Below, piece by piece: positions 59,067 through 64,000 of a stretch of 64,000 nt of DNA; position 1 is the first letter of the stretch; each line of letters opens with the position of its first letter. The DNA lies in the NCBI GenBank assembly GCA_018992685.1, contig JACVGT010000008.1, forward strand, positions 67,414 through 131,413, written 5' to 3'. The notes beneath the pieces were generated by a model. The model made no database searches. It saw nothing but the letters and a program-made list of their open reading frames with translations, and was not told the origin of the DNA. This DNA is from Theionarchaea archaeon. Its GTDB lineage: Archaea; Methanobacteriota_B; Thermococci; Methanofastidiosales; SZ-28-30. A program made the translations under genes and the position numbers.

Positions 59067-59490
59067 AATCCCCAATGCCCAGGCCTTCCATCGGGCAAAT
59101 CATTGTTCCATTTCAGTGAGCAGTCATGTCAGGAATCGTCGAACGTGTCTGAAATTCTTTATTATTGCGTGACCACGAGACAATTGAACCTCCATTCTTT
59201 CTGCAGTCAGCATCCTGGATTCTCTCTTGACCGGCACAATGAAGAATCAGGTTTCAGGTTTGCAGAAAAACAGCAAACCCAAAATATAAAAAGATGTGAG
59301 CACGTGTTTCTCCTAAGGAACGTCATGCGATATATGTTGAACAATCTGGAAGGGATATGACTAGTTCCAGGTGCACATCAGAAGTATACAGGCTAGGTGA
59401 AGATAAAACGCAACTTCTTGTCGATCAGAGGAGAACATTCCAGAGGAGTTCAACATCGAGCATTTTTAGGACAAAAAGGAGGTGTATGAA

Positions 59491-60678
59491 ATGAGTTGGA
59501 TGAAACATACAGGCTGCACATATCACAATCAGGATACGGGATACTACTGCGGTGCTGCGACTGACATGATGGTTCTGGCAGAGATTGGTGTTCCATACTC
59601 CCAACTTGATCAGAATGATCTGTACAGCTCAAATAACAGCCATAACCAACAGCCAGGCTGGTACAGTGACCCATTCGGCATTAAATGGACACTGAACAAT
59701 CGAAAGCCACCAGGTTCCTTCTATTTCGTTGTCTATAAACCCACGAGTTATGAAGAAGGGACACGAAAGATTATTGACACAATATACCGGTACAATGTCT
59801 CTCCCATCGCATTGGTGTATGGGTGCATGCACTGGATTACCGTGCCAGGTGTTCAAACAGATGTTGAGCCTGTGCCGGGAAATAACTACACGCTAGAAGG
59901 ATTCTGGATTCACAACCCTGTGTATCATTCGCCTGTTCCGCCTCCTCCCCACAATGCTTCAGATGGTTGTGGAACGGGAGGGTCTTTGGGAACTGCAAAT
60001 GAATTCGTAACCCAAACCTACTGGGAGGGGAACCTCTTCACGGGATGTAACTATGACGATCCCAATGGAAATCTTCAGTACATCAGCATCTGTGACCCAG
60101 AACCCCCAAAGGTTGCTCAACCGCTGCCCGAGAGTGTGGAATTCAAAGGGGCACCGGATAGGCTTCTCGATTCAGAACGGGTGGCAAGCTTCGCCACAGC
60201 AGGCATAGAACGGTACAAGCTGGACAAAGATGAACGTGTTGCCTCAATACTCAGAAGGGACAAGATAGGTCAGCCCCACCTTGTCCTCCGTCTTGATCAG
60301 CCGAATACCTATTATTACATTCTTCCCTGGGCAACCAGAGAAGGTGCAACCTCTCTTACAGCACAGATAGATGCACGTTCAGGCGTATTCAACAGCATTC
60401 AGCTGCGAGAGAATCCGCAGAGCAGGGAGTTTTTGCCAAAGAAAGAGGCTATTGCACGTGTTGAGAGGAAGCGGTTCACTATGCTTAAAAGGCGCAGAAC
60501 GATTGTGTTTTACCCAGGGGTTACAGAACCTGTGCCCACGCTGGTATGGCGGCCCTGCTGGGAATCGTGGTCCCCGCATCTGCCTTTCTACCAGTTCACC
60601 CTGGGGAAGGACACGGTCTATGTCCGAGTGGACGGCGAGGTCTTTACACAGCTCACCACACGGGGACGTGGAACCTAG
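59491..60678 (+). CDS. C39-like/papain-fold cysteine peptidase with C-terminal domain of unknown function
   Basis: QDTGYYCGAA (Q...C), HWITV.G, WIHNP; SD GGAGGTG. Confidence 0.7.
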   Translation: MSWMKHTGCTYHNQDTGYYCGAATDMMVLAEIGVPYSQLDQNDLYSSNNSHNQQPGWYSDPFGIKWTLNNRKPPGSFYFVVYKPTSYEEGTRKIIDTIYRYNVSPIALVYGCMHWITVPGVQTDVEPVPGNNYTLEGFWIHNPVYHSPVPPPPHNASDGCGTGGSLGTANEFVTQTYWEGNLFTGCNYDDPNGNLQYISICDPEPPKVAQPLPESVEFKGAPDRLLDSERVASFATAGIERYKLDKDERVASILRRDKIGQPHLVLRLDQPNTYYYILPWATREGATSLTAQIDARSGVFNSIQLRENPQSREFLPKKEAIARVERKRFTMLKRRRTIVFYPGVTEPVPTLVWRPCWESWSPHLPFYQFTLGKDTVYVRVDGEVFTQLTTRGRGT

Positions 60679-60698
60679 GCACATGAGGAATGTAAAGA

Positions 60699-61208
60699 AT
60701 GAATGCTTCACACAATATCCGCGGGACACGCATTGATGCAGTGGAGGCAGTAGATGCTGCCAGGCGTGGCATCCTTGACTACAGCCTGGACAGAGACCCC
60801 AGTGTCAAATCTGCTCTAAAGAGTGGACATCCTGAGACTCCACTGCTAGTGGAACGGCTCGACAGGCCGGGAGATGCCTACTACCTGGTCCCGTGGAGAA
60901 TAAAGGAGGGCGTTGTCTTCATTGTGGAAGTCGATGCAGCCACTGGTGCCATGCTGGCTTCATCAACCTTCCCGAATCCAATACCCTCACCTTTTCTTTT
61001 ACCTGAGGAGGCAGCACACTATGCTGCCCGGGAGTTTCCCCAGTATACACTGGGGAAGCCACGACTTGTCTGGAAACCCTGTCGTGAAAGCACCAGCTCC
61101 ATGCGCCCATTCTACCAGATCCCCTGTGACCATGGGTTCTTATATGTGGATATGGAGGGTTCAACACTGCTGGAGCTCACTCCACTTGGATTGGGAGGAA
61201 CACATTGA
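60699..61208 (+). CDS. Stand-alone paralog of the upstream peptidase C-terminal domain
   Basis: Shares LVxRLDxP..YY..PW, DAxxG, LVWxPCxES.S...PFYQ and YV...G.....LT..G.G with the upstream protein. Confidence 0.8.
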   Translation: MNASHNIRGTRIDAVEAVDAARRGILDYSLDRDPSVKSALKSGHPETPLLVERLDRPGDAYYLVPWRIKEGVVFIVEVDAATGAMLASSTFPNPIPSPFLLPEEAAHYAAREFPQYTLGKPRLVWKPCRESTSSMRPFYQIPCDHGFLYVDMEGSTLLELTPLGLGGTH

Positions 61209-61225
61209 CGTGGGTAATTGCCAAC

Positions 61226-61705
61226 TTAGTCCTTCGCTGTGTTCTGTGATGTATGAAATTGTTCCTTCTTGGGTAGCGTGATTTCCAGGACGCCATTCTT
61301 GTAGGTTGTCCTTGCCTCATCTGGTTGTACCGGAGCAGGAAGCGGAATCACCCTGTAGAACCTCAGGGATCTCCTTCCATATGCCATGAACCCTTCTTTT
61401 TCCTCTTTCATTTCGTCCTTTACCTGAGCTTTCGTCTCCACGCTGTCGTCTCTGACCTTTACATCAATGTCGTCTCTCTCTATCCCTGGAAATTCTGCTG
61501 TCACGATGACATTCATGTCAGTCTCCCGTAGATCTACAAGAGGCTCTCTCGTTCCCACTTTCTGATTCTCTCCCTGTTGCTGTTCTTGTTCTTGTAATGC
61601 TGTACTCGGTCCTAATTGGTACTGTGAATGTGAAAAGAATGTGGTGAATATCCTATCCATTTCTTCTTCCATTCTCCGCACTTCATCTATAATGTTCCAG
61701 TCCAT
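61226..61705 (-). CDS. Small heat shock protein (Hsp20)
   Basis: PLVDLRET, AEFPG, FYRVIPLP, YKNGVLEITLPK. Confidence 0.92.
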   Translation of the reverse strand: MDWNIIDEVRRMEEEMDRIFTTFFSHSQYQLGPSTALQEQEQQQGENQKVGTREPLVDLRETDMNVIVTAEFPGIERDDIDVKVRDDSVETKAQVKDEMKEEKEGFMAYGRRSLRFYRVIPLPAPVQPDEARTTYKNGVLEITLPKKEQFHTSQNTAKD

Positions 61706-61851
61706 AATATCATCTCTATTAACTTTACTTAATGTTAAGTTAACTTTAAGTATATAAATCTTTCGGTGGCATTAGGAAGCATTCTACGGGATTTCACTTC
61801 GTAATTTGTGCAATCAGTACATCTCCTTCATTTGAAAAATCAGCAAGGTAC

Positions 61852-63096
61852 ATGAGGAGATCACATGGGGAAACGTTATATACTCTGAATACAACGCGAG
61901 TTCATGGATTCTGGAGGAGTCTAATGGTGTCGGTATATTTCGGAATAGCGATGGTTCTCATGCTGATGATACTGCCATCTCAGGATTCTCCCGAGGTTCC
62001 CATAGTCGTAGACCAGCACAGCCAGGTAAACCCTGCACTTTACGGCACTGTTGTAGTCTGGGAAGATAATAGAAATGGGAATCCAGACATCTACGGGTAT
62101 GATCTTTCAACAGGGGAGGAATTTCAGGTTACCGCAGATGAAAGCCGCCAGGAGAATCCAGCCATCTATGACCGAATAATAGTCTGGGAAGATAATAGAA
62201 ATGGGAATTCGGATATCTACGGGTATGATCTTTCAACAGGTGAGGAATTTCAGGTTACCACCAACGATAAGCATCAGACTGCTCCTGAAATTCATGAAAA
62301 CATCGTAGTCTGGCAGGATAATAGAAATGGCAATTCAGACATCTATGGGTGCAACCTTTTAACAGGGGAGGAATTCCAGATTACTTCAAATGAGAGTAGT
62401 CAGCATTTTCCTGCAGTCTATGGGGAAATAGTGGTATGGGAAGACTGCAGGAATGGAAACAAGGATATATATGGGTACAACATGATTACACACGAGGAAT
62501 TCCAGATGACTGATGAATATAGAGATGAGCGGCTTCCTGTCATTTGTCAAGATGTGGTAATCTGGAATAGTTATCCCGAGGTTCATCCCGGAGGTGAATG
62601 TATGAGGCCAGACTTTGTGATGGGAAAGGATCTTCTTGTTTTTTCAACTGATCCTTCAGATCACGGTATTTATGGGTACAACCTGTCCACAGGCAACACT
62701 TTCAGGGTTATTAAGAATGGAGTGAGTAGTGCTCCTGCGCTTTCTGTGAGGTTGGTTGTATGGACAGATATGAGGGATATCGATGACCTGTATTCGCCCA
62801 CTGTTGATAGTGATGTTTATGGGTATGACCTTTTTTCTCGGAGAGAGATTCAAATAACAACGGATTCAGACAGGCAAGCATACCCTGCAGTGTGCGATAC
62901 AACTGTGGTATGGGTTGATTACCAGAATGGTAACCCAGATATTTATGGGCGCATTCTGACGGATCTACCGGAATCATACGCTTTTTCTCTTCTGGGTGTT
63001 CTTGCTGTAGTCTTGGTTGTTATGGGCATTCTGGTCATCATTTTTGGACTACGAAAGGCAACAGAATACCAATCTCTTCAAGAAAGAAGGAACTGA
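61852..63096 (+). CDS. Beta-propeller repeat surface protein (Methanosarcina-type repeats) with C-terminal TM
   Basis: Repeated VVWEDNRNGNxDIYGYDLxTGEEFQVT units. Start may be ATG 61924. Confidence 0.85.
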   Translation: MRRSHGETLYTLNTTRVHGFWRSLMVSVYFGIAMVLMLMILPSQDSPEVPIVVDQHSQVNPALYGTVVVWEDNRNGNPDIYGYDLSTGEEFQVTADESRQENPAIYDRIIVWEDNRNGNSDIYGYDLSTGEEFQVTTNDKHQTAPEIHENIVVWQDNRNGNSDIYGCNLLTGEEFQITSNESSQHFPAVYGEIVVWEDCRNGNKDIYGYNMITHEEFQMTDEYRDERLPVICQDVVIWNSYPEVHPGGECMRPDFVMGKDLLVFSTDPSDHGIYGYNLSTGNTFRVIKNGVSSAPALSVRLVVWTDMRDIDDLYSPTVDSDVYGYDLFSRREIQITTDSDRQAYPAVCDTTVVWVDYQNGNPDIYGRILTDLPESYAFSLLGVLAVVLVVMGILVIIFGLRKATEYQSLQERRN

Positions 63097-63505
63097 CATG
63101 AAAGATCCGCCTGGCAGATTGCCATCTGTCTGGAGGTCCTATCATGACTACTTCTGCACGCAGGTATTCATCTGACTTATAAGCAATGTACTAATTCGGA
63201 GTATAGATTGGAGGAGTTGCACTGATAATCGGAGGGATAGAATTGACTCGGAGACATAATGAGAACATGGTTGATCGTAGTCTGGAAAAATGAATTCATG
63301 TATACATTGGGTTCATGGTCTTCACTAGTGATATTCATTTAATCCTTCATGTGGGGAAGGAACTTTATGCCCTATAAAGCAGCAACTGCTCCGATTTTGG
63401 GGATGATCGTTTTCCGATTGTGGTATGGGAGATCGTCTTGATTATGCGAAGGTGTGCAATGAAGTGGGATAGATTTAAATAGGAAGAAAGTGCATAAAAT
63501 GTGAA

Positions 63506-63592
63506 GCCGAGGTGGCCCAGTCTGGTACGGCGCAGGCCTGCTAAGTCTGTGGGCGCAAGCCCTCCAGGGTTCAAATCCCTGCCTCGGCGCCA
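63506..63592 (+). tRNA. tRNA-Ser (anticodon GCT)
   Basis: GCCGAGG/CCTCGGC acceptor stem, CAGGC-CT-GCT-AA-GTCTG, long variable arm GGGC-GCAA-GCCC, GTTCAAAT, encoded CCA. Confidence 0.95.
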
Positions 63593-63650
63593 GACACCTT
63601 GTCCAAATCCTAAGCCAAACCCTTATAAAGGAGAGGGTAGAAGAGGGTGT

Positions 63651-63965
63651 ATGAGACAGGATGAGTTGCAAAGACGGGTTGATAGTAGCTATGAGAAATA
63701 TGGGTGGACAGATGAGCAGAGAGCAGTTTTTGACAAGTTCATTGATGAGAGGTACGCCAGCACTAGGAAGCCAGAGAACACGCTCCGTTCCTACCTTGAC
63801 CTTTTGAACCAGGTTGTTCTGAAGATAAAGAAGCCTTTCTCAGAGATCACGTATGATGATCTTATACCGTTGTTGAGGGACTGGCAGGAACGATATGGGA
63901 AGAGTACAATGCACGGCAGAAAGTGCAAGTTGAAAGCTTTTCTAGAGGATATGTGTCACCGGTGA
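63651..63965 (+). pseudogene. Truncated tyrosine recombinase/integrase (N-terminal core-binding domain only)
   Basis: ENTLRSY...KKPFSEITYDDL...STMHGRKCKLKAF pattern, stops before any catalytic domain, 58 nt after tRNA-Ser. Confidence 0.65.
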
Positions 63966-64000
63966 CAATTCATGACTTACTGACTGATGATGAGATTATA

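Noticed and set aside
62050-62520. Regularly spaced nucleotide repeats (GTCTGGGAAGATAATAGAAATGG) resembling an array
   Set aside because: In-frame coding repeats of a beta-propeller protein. No CRISPR array or cas gene was seen anywhere in the window.

Overview
Archaeal chromosomal DNA. This rests on BRE/TATA promoters (many leaderless), GGAGGTGA-type SD sites, Sec61beta, SRP19, RFC-L, Nre, Mre11/Rad50 and archaeal tRNAs. The gene style suggests a Theionarchaea-like euryarchaeon, which is an inference only. Most of the window is housekeeping or metabolic: acdA, gcvPA/PB, mre11-rad50, topA, gpmI, cobO, srp19, ltaE, nre, rfcL, kynU, cadA, hsp20, tRNA-Pro(CGG) and tRNA-Ser(GCT). The top candidate for a new system is at 1405-4237 (-), a putative RiPP locus. 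It has two paralogous, Cys-free 29 and 30 aa peptides sharing F-x-P-E-F-x5-Q-x4-K-x2-P-x-P-S. One is missing from the ORF track, and each has its own TATA box and SD. They are followed by two radical SAM enzymes, one with a PqqD/RRE-like N-terminus plus SPASM domain and one with an atypical Cys-rich C-terminus. Other leads: an AT-rich island (about 24.1-32.4 kb) with a repeated-GxxD protein plus HExxH protein pair and a shared palindromic operator; a RING-like finger fused to a peptide ABC permease; a perfect 27-bp repeat upstream of two DNA-repair loci; a C39-like peptidase with a stand-alone copy of its own C-terminal domain; an amber-interrupted presenilin-like gene; and an integrase remnant at tRNA-Ser. 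All family assignments come from motif recognition; no searches were run.
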